Shown piece after piece: positions 39,271 through 47,522 of a stretch of DNA of 51,670 bases; position 1 is the stretch's first letter; the number at the start of each line of letters is the position of its first letter. The DNA comes from Flavobacterium sp. (GTDB lineage Bacteria > Bacteroidota > Bacteroidia > Flavobacteriales > Flavobacteriaceae). The notes below the pieces were generated by a model, which was not told the origin of the DNA, did not search any database, and saw only the letters and a program-made list of their open reading frames with translations. The DNA lies in contig JASLGC010000328.1 of NCBI GenBank assembly GCA_030150335.1, forward strand, positions 1-51,670, given 5' to 3'. The position numbers and the translations under genes are program-made.

Positions 39271-39536
39271 ATTTGTTTGTTCATTAACTTCTGTCCAAAT
39301 TCAAATAAACTCATGCTTTCGTCTTTCTTTGTAGTTTTATTTTCACTACCGGAAGATGGTATTGTAGCTATCGCCCCTTGTATAAACTGCCACGACATAA
39401 CGTGCATTATTTCGGTGTATGTCGCTCCGTTCATATACTTAAGTAAAGAAAGTATTAAGGCGTGGGGGCTGTCTGCTCCTGGTGTTTTGTTGGAATCATG
39501 TTCACTTGAAGCATCGATCCCAAAGTATGAAAAAAA
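39267..39536 (-). CDS. tail assembly chaperone -1 frameshift extension (gpGT-like)
   Basis: Slippery T TTT TTT (39530-39536); the -1 frame is open as SYFGIDAS...GADSPHALIL...EIMHVMSW...ATIP...NKQI to TGA at 39267. Confidence 0.75.
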   Translation of the reverse strand, partial: FFSYFGIDASSEHDSNKTPGADSPHALILSLLKYMNGATYTEIMHVMSWQFIQGAIATIPSSGSENKTTKKDESMSLFEFGQKLMNKQI

Positions 39537-39889
39537 CTTTCAAACCCTATCCTCCCATAGGTAACATTTATCATGGTAGAAATTTGATCCGTTGTAAAGT
39601 CATTCATCAGTGTATTAACAAGCCATTGCGGGGGCGCGGTCGGTTTATTATGTATTGCTATTGCCAAGAACTTAGCCGGAGCTTTTACATTTGAGTGCAT
39701 CACCTCAAAGAAGCTACCGTCTACCTTTATTTCGTTGACTAGTTCGGTAAGCTGTAACATCGTGTGAAGCGTTACGCTTTGAACCTCTAAGTTATGAGTT
39801 TTCTTGTAAAAAGGAATTTTTGTCTTCCGTTCTATAACTGCTAATAGCGTAGGAGTATTCGTTATTGATTGTATGATCTGTTGTGTCAT
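39455..39889 (-). CDS. tail assembly chaperone (gpG-like)
   Basis: Upstream of the tape measure gene; LAIAIHN...PP.WL; slippery site at S-F-F. Confidence 0.75.
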   Translation of the reverse strand: MTQQIIQSITNTPTLLAVIERKTKIPFYKKTHNLEVQSVTLHTMLQLTELVNEIKVDGSFFEVMHSNVKAPAKFLAIAIHNKPTAPPQWLVNTLMNDFTTDQISTMINVTYGRIGFESFFHTLGSMLQVNMIPTKHQEQTAPTP

Positions 39890-40056
39890 TTTGATTTTAT
39901 TATTGCTTGTTTGATTTGTTCATGTGACTCCTTCACTGTATATACTCGGAATCCAGTAGGGGTATAAGCTGTTATATGATTATCTTTATACATATGTATA
40001 TCTGATATTCTTATTGACGCAAATGTGCCGTCACTTTGTTTTACTTCGATGAACAT
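39886..40056 (-). CDS. small hypothetical protein (start taken at MFIEV)
   Basis: VKESHEQIKQAI ending; ATGA-coupled to the chaperone gene. Confidence 0.55.
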   Translation of the reverse strand: MFIEVKQSDGTFASIRISDIHMYKDNHITAYTPTGFRVYTVKESHEQIKQAIIKSK

Positions 40057-40226
40057 ATTGTTTTTATTATAAGTGATATAACTATTATAATTAACAAGGC
40101 ACACCACGGCAACCATAGTGGTGATGTCACCCACCACCACGACCAATCTATATTTTTAGTCAATTTTAAAACAAGGAATACTGCAAAGAGTATTCCCGTT
40201 AATCCTAATCCGCTGTTATTTTCCAT
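40041..40226 (-). CDS. small two-TM protein (phage 'Fragile-X-F transmembrane'-like)
   Basis: LFAVFLVLKLT..IDWSWWWVTSPLW motif. Confidence 0.75.
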   Translation of the reverse strand: MENNSGLGLTGILFAVFLVLKLTKNIDWSWWWVTSPLWLPWCALLIIIVISLIIKTICSSK

Positions 40227-41304
40227 CGTACAACCTTTCGTAATCTTCTTTTGTTAAGTTATGTAGAAAGTGAGTAGTTAATTTAGTTTCACCGTTAACA
40301 GTAGTTTTTAAAACCGCATTTACTTCTATGTGGCTTATTTCTACTTCTGCACTTATTTCAAGTTTGTTTTTTGGTTTGATACGGTATTCGTTATGGTCAT
40401 GCCAATTAGGTTTTTCAACAGTATACCATGTATTGTCAAGTTGCAAACATTCAATAACAGCCCCGTTCTTATGCGCTTCTTTTAATTCTGCAAGCTTATC
40501 TACTTCTATTATTTCAGCCCATTTACCGTTTTTGAAAACAACCGAAGCGTCAAGGTGTAAAGTGTTATTTTCAATTTCATATTCATATCCTTGATTGCTA
40601 TCAAAGTCCCAAACCGCACCGTCCTCTAAGCACTTACTATTACCTACTTTATACCCCCTCCTTTCAGCTTCTTCAATCAATGCTTTTTCTACTTCTTGTG
40701 GAGTGGCTTCTTGCCATTCACAGGCCCTACTACAACACAAACACTCATACCATTTGTTACTTATAAAACCGTAGTTAACATCTTTATTTAAGCAATCTAC
40801 TTTAAACAAAAGCTGAGTGTTATCACTTACGCCCTTATACCACTTCCCTACTTCCAACTCTTTCTTCGTCTCTAACAACCCCTTTTCTTCTTCGGTAGCG
40901 TATCGTAGGAAGTTATCGAAACATCCACCTGTAATTCCATTACCAATATAACCTGGTTTATTCAAGTAATAAGCCTTGTCTAAATCAAAATTAAATATAG
41001 CTTCATACTCTTTAAATATACCAACTGCAACATCTCCTGAGTCTTCGCACACAATTATATCACCAAGTTTTAAATTATCTAATGCTAAAATATTACGTAG
41101 TTCTTTTGGTTTGATTACTTGTAGTTTTCTACCACCGCTTAAAGTATCTGTATTATTACCAGACCAAGCGCCGTTGCAGAAACATATATAGTTATACCTA
41201 AAAATATCATGATCTTGCCATTGACCAAACATATCCAATATACCCCTTACTTTTTCTCTGTTTTTGTCCGTAATTTTAACGGCTACTTCTGTTTTCTTTT
41301 TCAT
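40216..41304 (-). CDS. modular hypothetical protein (362 aa)
   Basis: Repeated short modules (RYATEEEK, EATPQEV, LEVGKWYK, EYRIKP). Confidence 0.7.
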   Translation of the reverse strand: MKKKTEVAVKITDKNREKVRGILDMFGQWQDHDIFRYNYICFCNGAWSGNNTDTLSGGRKLQVIKPKELRNILALDNLKLGDIIVCEDSGDVAVGIFKEYEAIFNFDLDKAYYLNKPGYIGNGITGGCFDNFLRYATEEEKGLLETKKELEVGKWYKGVSDNTQLLFKVDCLNKDVNYGFISNKWYECLCCSRACEWQEATPQEVEKALIEEAERRGYKVGNSKCLEDGAVWDFDSNQGYEYEIENNTLHLDASVVFKNGKWAEIIEVDKLAELKEAHKNGAVIECLQLDNTWYTVEKPNWHDHNEYRIKPKNKLEISAEVEISHIEVNAVLKTTVNGETKLTTHFLHNLTKEDYERLYDGK

Positions 41305-41310
41305 AATATA

Positions 41311-41727
41311 TTATTTTTTATTGTAAATTTTAACACTTCCTTTTGTAGCAACACGACCGCCCCACTTCTCAACTGTAACGATACTATCATCTTTCGCTAC
41401 AACATTAACAGAACCCCCACAAATATACACTTCTAAAACGTCATATCCTTGCGCTATTATTTCAACGTGTCCGCTGTAGATAAGTACACGGCTATTAGAA
41501 ACTCGTATATTAGCATCAGATATATAAATACCTCTACTTCTTAATAATGATTCGTGTTTCTTCATTAATGGTAAAGCAGGATACTTATGCTTCATGCAAA
41601 ATTCTATACACTCTGGCATTAACATAATGTCTATCATTTCACTTGGGCTTGTAACCTTTGGTATTAAGTTTGGCGCTAAATCGCAAGCTCCCATACTTAT
41701 AATTTCTTTTCTTAATTCTTCGAACAT
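41311..41727 (-). CDS. hypothetical protein with beta-repeat C-terminus (start taken at MFEEL)
   Basis: ELRKEIISMGAC...IEFCMKHKYP...GIY. Confidence 0.65.
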   Translation of the reverse strand: MFEELRKEIISMGACDLAPNLIPKVTSPSEMIDIMLMPECIEFCMKHKYPALPLMKKHESLLRSRGIYISDANIRVSNSRVLIYSGHVEIIAQGYDVLEVYICGGSVNVVAKDDSIVTVEKWGGRVATKGSVKIYNKK

Positions 41728-41843
41728 ATTGCTCCGTGTGTTGTTATTATTATTGATGAAATTGACAAAATTGTGATTGTCACTAATGGTACGTAATACA
41801 AACATACTGCTAATATTACGAATGCTGAAAGGATTAATTTCAT
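41712..41843 (-). CDS. small hydrophobic membrane protein (43 aa, MKLILSAFVILAVCLYYVP...)
   Basis: Manually translated; ATGA-coupled to the 41840 stop. Confidence 0.5.
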   Translation of the reverse strand: MKLILSAFVILAVCLYYVPLVTITILSISSIIITTHGAICSKN

Positions 41844-42358
41844 ATCTTTTTAAATATATAAGGGTTGTAAAATGTTTTTTGTTCGGCTTCTTGCCACTTA
41901 GCTGTATAATTAGAGTAAAACATGTCGTGACCTTTAAAATTCTTCTTATAAACCTTGAGATTTCCTAACGGATTCTCATACAAATAAATACCTTTTGATT
42001 TTATTAGTGAGTGGAGGGATGGTAATGCTTCTTTATAAACCCAATCGTTATTTTCATAATCCAAGTAACAATGTAACATATCTTTTATATATTGTGTTTG
42101 AAATATAAATCTACTATCAACTATCTCGATAGCTTGTTGCTCGGTTATGTCGGAAAGTTTAAAATCCCCTTCAGTATTGCCTATGTATAAAAAACCTTTT
42201 ACATCACCATTATCTATTCTATTGCATTTGTTTAGACAGTCAAGTTTTGAAGAACAAGACTGGACTATATAACCATTATGTTTCATTACATGAATTGCGT
42301 TAGGTAAATCAACCAATACAAACTCACCTTTACTTGTTTTAAATTCTTTTACTTTCAT
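41840..42358 (-). CDS. hypothetical protein
   Basis: ORF track; ATGA overlap. Confidence 0.7.
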   Translation of the reverse strand: MKVKEFKTSKGEFVLVDLPNAIHVMKHNGYIVQSCSSKLDCLNKCNRIDNGDVKGFLYIGNTEGDFKLSDITEQQAIEIVDSRFIFQTQYIKDMLHCYLDYENNDWVYKEALPSLHSLIKSKGIYLYENPLGNLKVYKKNFKGHDMFYSNYTAKWQEAEQKTFYNPYIFKKI

Positions 42359-42573
42359 TTCATTATTGATCTAATAAGTGAATCTTTGTATTCTATACTC
42401 TTTTCGCTAGATATGCTATCTAGCTTAAATAAAGTATCTCTTTGTAATTGTGATTTGTAAGCCATTTCTTTGGCTATTCTACTATTCATAATGTCTACGT
42501 AGCATTTCCAAGTAAATACGATAACTGCAACAAATGCAAGTACCATTAATAAGGTGTTTTCAAGTTTTTTCAT
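42355..42573 (-). CDS. small membrane-anchored protein
   Basis: N-terminal TM segment LLMVLAFVAVIVF. Confidence 0.65.
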   Translation of the reverse strand: MKKLENTLLMVLAFVAVIVFTWKCYVDIMNSRIAKEMAYKSQLQRDTLFKLDSISSEKSIEYKDSLIRSIMK

Positions 42574-42576
42574 GCC

Positions 42577-42864
42577 TTACATTTTAATTAAGTTGTCCAA
42601 AATAAACTTTAATCCATTGTATTTCCATTCGTTTCCTTTATGAATATGCAATCTATCGCTTTTAGGATATAAATCAACAATTCCAAAAACTTCACTTACA
42701 ACCCTATACACATTGCAATTATTAACTACAACACCCTCTATCGTTAAATTGTAGTCCATTTGCAATATATAGAAGTATTCTTTTTCGAATAAATTACGCC
42801 TCCCCTCCTTACTTGAAGTAAAATAATTTCTAAACTTCTTATACAACTCTTCTTTTGTTTTCAT
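42577..42864 (-). CDS. hypothetical protein
   Basis: ORF track; ATGA overlap. Confidence 0.65.
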   Translation of the reverse strand: MKTKEELYKKFRNYFTSSKEGRRNLFEKEYFYILQMDYNLTIEGVVVNNCNVYRVVSEVFGIVDLYPKSDRLHIHKGNEWKYNGLKFILDNLIKM

Positions 42865-43235
42865 AATTCTATTTTTAGTTCTTCTCCTGTTAATGAGTAG
42901 TAAAGATTTTGTAGTTGGTGGAGGTGTTTAGGCTGGGTAAAAGAATAGTTGTTATGAAGCCAAAAAACATTATGACTTGTATTGTAAGTAAAATCACCAA
43001 GTTTATAAACATTAAAATCTTGGCTATCGTAATTTTTATCAAATAAAACAAACCCACACTTCAAAAGTATTTCTTCTGTTAGTGGTATTGGATTTATTTC
43101 GTCATAGTTAGGATAATCCCAAGTGACATAATCCTTAAATGTAACATATTCATCGTTAATAGATGATATTTGTACGTTTTCTCCAATTTCTTGTGAGTAA
43201 ACCCAATTACCTATTCTTAGTTGTTTTGCTTCCAT
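42861..43235 (-). CDS. hypothetical phage protein
   Basis: LRIGNWV...PIPLTEEILLKCGF...LHQLQNLYYSLTGEEL pattern. Confidence 0.8.
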   Translation of the reverse strand: MEAKQLRIGNWVYSQEIGENVQISSINDEYVTFKDYVTWDYPNYDEINPIPLTEEILLKCGFVLFDKNYDSQDFNVYKLGDFTYNTSHNVFWLHNNYSFTQPKHLHQLQNLYYSLTGEELKIEL

Positions 43236-43275
43236 TTAATCATTGTTTTTAACAAAGCAACATCGCCTTGCTTCA

Positions 43276-43324
43276 CAAATGTATAAATATTATTTTTATT
43301 TACAAAATTTATTATTTATATTTG
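43276..43324. promoter_or_regulatory. back-to-back divergent Bacteroidota-type promoters
   Basis: Minus: TTTG(43303-43306)-N19-TACATTTG(43276-43283). Plus: TATATTTG (43317-43324), 4 nt before ATG 43329. Confidence 0.7.
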
Positions 43325-43328
43325 TTGC

Positions 43329-43787
43329 ATGGAACTTAAAAAACAATTTGAAAAAGACAGAGACCAAGGTTATACATATACAGAAATAGCTTTGAAGAAT
43401 AATGTTAGTAGAGCAAAAGTATCTAGGGTATTAAACCCCGATAGCGTTAGGCTTAAGAAACAGAGAAATGCTAAGATTATTAAAGACTCTGCGAAACTAA
43501 CTATACCCCAACTTATGGAGAAGTATAACGTTACCGATCCAACTATTAGACGTTTACTAAACAAAGAAGGTGTAACACCTAAAAAGACTTACAAAGACCG
43601 CGTAAGAGAAAAGCAAAAGAAAGAGGAAGCTAAGGTAATACCAACACTTGCTCGTAGTGATGTGTATAGGATAGTACCCGTGTCAGGTAAAACTAATCTA
43701 TTGATTTACGAAAATGACATACGCTACAATATGGACGATGAAACAATAATTGAAAACTATAATAGGAAATATGGCAATGGAAAATAA
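43329..43787 (+). CDS. double-HTH DNA-binding protein, probably leaderless
   Basis: GYTYTEIALKNNVSRAKVSRVL and LTIPQLMEKYNVTDPTIRRLL. Confidence 0.75.
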   Translation: MELKKQFEKDRDQGYTYTEIALKNNVSRAKVSRVLNPDSVRLKKQRNAKIIKDSAKLTIPQLMEKYNVTDPTIRRLLNKEGVTPKKTYKDRVREKQKKEEAKVIPTLARSDVYRIVPVSGKTNLLIYENDIRYNMDDETIIENYNRKYGNGK

Positions 43788-44214
43788 CATAGAAAATAAA
43801 GCGAGATTTTTTGCCATGTATTTTGGGCAAGAGATTAGGGTATGGGAAGGCATGCCATTCAATAAGTCATTTATATCTAGTTCATCACTAAGTCATGAAT
43901 CTGTAGGCAACTCTTTTCTCGAGCTTAAACCTATATCCTCAATAAGTGATGAGGATTTTAATAAACTACTTAAGTCTGATAAATATATAATACAAAGTGT
44001 ATCAAACCAATTCGGGGTATCTACGGTATATTTCAAATGGAATAGCGATGATTATGTAGGAGATTTTGGATATTCTTCTTATTCACTATGTGATAACGAG
44101 TTTAATCAGTTGCAAATAGATTTTTTACGCTCAAAAAGTTACGCTATTCCTTTTAACGGACTTTCAGTCGAAGAGTTAATAAATAGAGGTTGGATAAAAT
44201 TAAAAACAATATAA
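43777..44214 (+). CDS. hypothetical phage protein (start taken at MENNIE)
   Basis: LELKPISSISDED...DFLRSKSYAIPF.GLSVEELI. Confidence 0.7.
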   Translation: MENNIENKARFFAMYFGQEIRVWEGMPFNKSFISSSSLSHESVGNSFLELKPISSISDEDFNKLLKSDKYIIQSVSNQFGVSTVYFKWNSDDYVGDFGYSSYSLCDNEFNQLQIDFLRSKSYAIPFNGLSVEELINRGWIKLKTI

Positions 44215-44216
44215 AT

Positions 44217-44531
44217 ATGAAAACAAATAATGAATTAGGCGCTGTCTATTTAGAGGTAGAAGGCTTAGATAAAGAAAGATTTAAGGAGTTGACTAAGGGG
44301 ATGGTGTTTGCTTCTAGTCCACACCTTGGTAATAAATACATAGAAAATCATGATAACAAATGGTGTAATACAAGCTATTTAGAACCACCCTCCCGAAAAA
44401 TAACCCTTGACGAATTAGAAGAGTTGTTACACGGAGAAGTAAAACCGACACATTTTGCTATTAGTCCAGAAGATTACGCAGAATGGCAAGAATGGAAGAA
44501 GTTGAAAGAGCAATTAAAGAAATTATTATAA
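44217..44531 (+). CDS. hypothetical protein, paralogue of the 7163..7708 N-terminus
   Basis: LDKERFKELTKGM...ITLDELEELLH. Confidence 0.75.
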   Translation: MKTNNELGAVYLEVEGLDKERFKELTKGMVFASSPHLGNKYIENHDNKWCNTSYLEPPSRKITLDELEELLHGEVKPTHFAISPEDYAEWQEWKKLKEQLKKLL

Positions 44532-44573
44532 TAATAAAACCTCACGATGTATAGGCTAATCGTATATTAAAAT

Positions 44574-44759
44574 ATGAGAAAAGAAGAATTATTATCGTCT
44601 TGGTTTAGCTTTATTATAGGTTTATATATCCTTATCTGTTGGATAGTTAATTTAGTTCAATTATTTAACTTAGATTTTGAGCCTTCATATAAAGATGAAA
44701 TTATACACGGATTGGGAGTTTTTATTGTTCCGTTAAGTGGAATTACTGTTTGGTTTTAA
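44574..44759 (+). CDS. small two-TM membrane protein
   Basis: WIVNLVQL...DFEPSYKDEIIHGLGVF. Confidence 0.7.
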   Translation: MRKEELLSSWFSFIIGLYILICWIVNLVQLFNLDFEPSYKDEIIHGLGVFIVPLSGITVWF

Positions 44760-44770
44760 ATTAGTTAGAT

Positions 44771-44965
44771 ATGATTGAAAGAATAGGAAATATAGGTAAT
44801 TGCTACGGCGGTTTCCATGTTAAAATAAAAGATGGTTTATATTTTTGGGCTATTGAAAATTACGATGGCACGTATTGGGAGGAAATACCAAAAGAATTAT
44901 ATGATATGTTAATAAAGCATAGATCATTACCTGACAGCATAAACAATCACAGCTATGGGGACTGA
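44771..44965 (+). CDS. hypothetical protein
   Basis: IGN.YGG...YFWAIENYDG..WEEIP. Confidence 0.7.
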   Translation: MIERIGNIGNCYGGFHVKIKDGLYFWAIENYDGTYWEEIPKELYDMLIKHRSLPDSINNHSYGD

Positions 44966-45314
44966 TATATCAATTCACGTTGAAATAAAAAGAGTTAATC
45001 AATGGTGTTTTTTAGAGGATTTAGAAATAAATCGCAGTTATAGGCTTTTTGCTACTCTTGCAAATGTTAGAAATGATTTTGGTATAATACCTATTCATAA
45101 AGAATTTAAAGGCCTTCCAAAAGATGTAACTATAGATATTGAAGACTCAGATTTAGAAGAATTTGGGTACACTGGTTATACATGGCTACTATTATCTGAA
45201 ATGGAAGAATATAAAAACACATACAATATCAACATTCTCGATGAACTAATATCACTAATAGATTTTCATAATGTGCCAAGTGAAAATATAAGAATAGTAT
45301 TCACTTTCTGCTAA
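44955..45314 (+). CDS. hypothetical phage protein
   Basis: MGTDI..HVE...RSYRLFATLANVRN...GLPKD...RIVF.F. Confidence 0.75.
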   Translation: MGTDISIHVEIKRVNQWCFLEDLEINRSYRLFATLANVRNDFGIIPIHKEFKGLPKDVTIDIEDSDLEEFGYTGYTWLLLSEMEEYKNTYNINILDELISLIDFHNVPSENIRIVFTFC

Positions 45315-45316
45315 AC

Positions 45317-45347
45317 AAAAAAAGGGGGCTTCGTTTTGCCCCCTTTT
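45317..45347. terminator. bidirectional intrinsic terminator
   Basis: AAAAGGGGGC/GCCCCCTTTT between convergent genes. Confidence 0.85.
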
Positions 45348-45350
45348 ATA

Positions 45351-45881
45351 TTAAATTACATCTGCGATCTTGAATCCCCAAGGTGACTGCGCAACTCCAG
45401 ACTCATTAACCGGCACTGTTGCCGTCCCTGTAAAGCCAATTGCTACTAAATCCCCCTTGGTAAAACTACCACTAAAGTTAAATACAATCGATGCCTTTGG
45501 AATGCTTAAAATGAATTTCTTACCTTCAAATGGGCGTGATGTGAAACGAATAGCCTTACTAACTACGTTCGCTTGTGATGGTGCTTTGTATTCACCCGTA
45601 ACCGAATCCCATGTACCACCTGCAAGCTCTTCAACTACTGCGCCATCGATGTTAACCGAATTCGCTGTAAATACTGCACCTGCTTGTGTTGATCCTAAAA
45701 CGTAACGTGTACCGTCTACATCTTCAACTGTATAATCGATAGTCTCTAGTGGTGGCACTTCAAAAGTAACCGAATCATCCTGGATATCTATAATTTTGGT
45801 AAAGCCTGTTGAGGGCATTAACCCCGTTGCCAAAGTATCTGCAATCTCGACACTCTCAACGCCTTTTACTGCTACTGCCAT
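45351..45881 (-). CDS. major tail (tube) protein
   Basis: 176-aa beta-rich acidic protein after the neck genes, followed by a strong terminator. Confidence 0.75.
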   Translation of the reverse strand: MAVAVKGVESVEIADTLATGLMPSTGFTKIIDIQDDSVTFEVPPLETIDYTVEDVDGTRYVLGSTQAGAVFTANSVNIDGAVVEELAGGTWDSVTGEYKAPSQANVVSKAIRFTSRPFEGKKFILSIPKASIVFNFSGSFTKGDLVAIGFTGTATVPVNESGVAQSPWGFKIADVI

Positions 45882-45884
45882 ATT

Positions 45885-46283
45885 TTAAAATTGTTTAATT
45901 GTTGTTTCGTAAAAAAATCTTAGTGTATAAAAATAAGTGCCATCCGCGTTTGTGTTTAATCTCCCTGCCACGTCTGTAGTTAGCAAAAAGTCAGAACCCG
46001 AATAGTAGTCCATCGTAGAAAGCAACTCCCACGCTATAAACTCCATTCTTTCAACGTTTGGATGAATCCCAATGTTAGGCACGTGAATATTAACGATAAC
46101 CAAAGCGTTGTAAGCTAAATCAACCTGTGCGCTAAGTAGATTTACTACTGCGTATTCTGTAGATGGCAAACCTCCTGCTTTTAATGGCGCTCCATATTTG
46201 TAAACAGGAACTACATTAATATCTTTAGCAACGCTCCATACATCGTTTACAATTTCACTTCCTTGCTTTACTTGTCTAGTCAT
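45885..46283 (-). CDS. tail terminator-like protein
   Basis: Position; EYAVVN.L...VNIHVPN...PNVER. Confidence 0.6.
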   Translation of the reverse strand: MTRQVKQGSEIVNDVWSVAKDINVVPVYKYGAPLKAGGLPSTEYAVVNLLSAQVDLAYNALVIVNIHVPNIGIHPNVERMEFIAWELLSTMDYYSGSDFLLTTDVAGRLNTNADGTYFYTLRFFYETTIKQF

Positions 46284-46719
46284 TAAACGCCCTTTTTACA
46301 TTATTTTCAACCTCACGCATTAACTTGCCTGCTAACATTGCGCTACCCGATAACACATCGTAACCTCTATCCTCTACATAAGTTGCGTAGTTCATACCTG
46401 CAACCATTATAAGAACGTAACCTTTTGGATAGTCTTTTGCAACGTTACTCGCTACAGTTTTACCCGTATCTACACCTATTTGCTCGCCTGTAAAATTGCT
46501 CACTATCTGCTTTCCATTGTAAAGAACTATGTAACCTATAGACGAACGCAAATGACCTGTAATGTCATTAAAACCACCTACGTCATGACCTTGCTTTTCT
46601 CTAGCATCAGTAATAATCTGCAACCCTACGGCTTCAATTTCAGATAGCGTAATTTTATGAATCCTACGCTTGAACTCTTCGTTTACCTTTCGGATATCTG
46701 TTTTTAACGTTACTTTCAT
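46276..46719 (-). CDS. neck/tail-completion protein (HK97 gp10-like)
   Basis: DITGHLRSSIGY...VAGMNYATYVE.RGYDVL. Confidence 0.75.
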   Translation of the reverse strand: MKVTLKTDIRKVNEEFKRRIHKITLSEIEAVGLQIITDAREKQGHDVGGFNDITGHLRSSIGYIVLYNGKQIVSNFTGEQIGVDTGKTVASNVAKDYPKGYVLIMVAGMNYATYVEDRGYDVLSGSAMLAGKLMREVENNVKRAFND

Positions 46720-46720
46720 G

Positions 46721-47041
46721 CTATGCCCACGCTCTAATAGAATAACTACCTACATAGATATCAATCAACGTACCTTTAAATATCTCATTCCCTTGAGTTC
46801 CTATAATAGTAATAGTATCACCTTTCTTTGGTAAACTACCACTAGGGAAAGGAAAAGCAATATCAAAGCTGTAATCAATATTTACACCGTCTAGCATATA
46901 CTTTCTACGTCCTGCGGGTGTAGCTCTGCAAATTGTTTCGCCTTTATCTATGCCTTGAACCCAATTGCCCGTAGCTTCATTATAAACAGCATCCCCTTGC
47001 CATTTTATAATATTGTGATACCTGCCGTAATCTACCACCAT
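46721..47041 (-). CDS. head-closure-like protein
   Basis: Position between adaptor and neck genes; beta-rich 106 aa. Confidence 0.55.
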   Translation of the reverse strand: MVVDYGRYHNIIKWQGDAVYNEATGNWVQGIDKGETICRATPAGRRKYMLDGVNIDYSFDIAFPFPSGSLPKKGDTITIIGTQGNEIFKGTLIDIYVGSYSIRAWA

Positions 47042-47346
47042 GGCTTAGAGCTTATTTTAGGCTGCAATAACGTGTCTTTAATACCATTGCTTGCAAGCAA
47101 ATACTTACGGATAGACATTATTTCTTCTACACTTCTATTTGTTATACTCCAATCTATTTCTCTTATAGTTTGTGGAGTCTGAGCAACGTACAACAATAAA
47201 TTAGCAGTAAAATACACTATTTTCTTACGATCCTTTTTATCATACTCCGCTGTGAGGTCTAAACCTATTAATTGTGCTTGCGCTTCAATCACTTCGTCTG
47301 GAATATTGAACCCTATAAATGCTTTTACTGCTTCTTTATTTGTCAT
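47032..47346 (-). CDS. head-tail adaptor-like protein
   Basis: MTNKEA...I.E..WSIT; helical; downstream of the capsid gene. Confidence 0.6.
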   Translation of the reverse strand: MTNKEAVKAFIGFNIPDEVIEAQAQLIGLDLTAEYDKKDRKKIVYFTANLLLYVAQTPQTIREIDWSITNRSVEEIMSIRKYLLASNGIKDTLLQPKISSKPWW

Positions 47347-47522
47347 TATGCTTTTTCTATTAATCCGTTATCGATACCTTTTTTCAAACGGTCTTCGCTA
47401 AATCCGATAATCTCATCACCTTTTTTGTAAACTTTCGTGTAATCATAAAGGTCGTGAAACTCCTTAGTAGCAAAGTAGCCCCCTTTTTTATTAGGGGCTT
47501 TTTCTTTGTTTTCCTCTTTCAT
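47346..47522 (-). CDS. small post-capsid protein (58 aa, MKEENKEKAPNKKGGYFATKEFHD...)
   Basis: Manually translated; TAATG-coupled at both ends. Confidence 0.65.
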   Translation of the reverse strand: MKEENKEKAPNKKGGYFATKEFHDLYDYTKVYKKGDEIIGFSEDRLKKGIDNGLIEKA

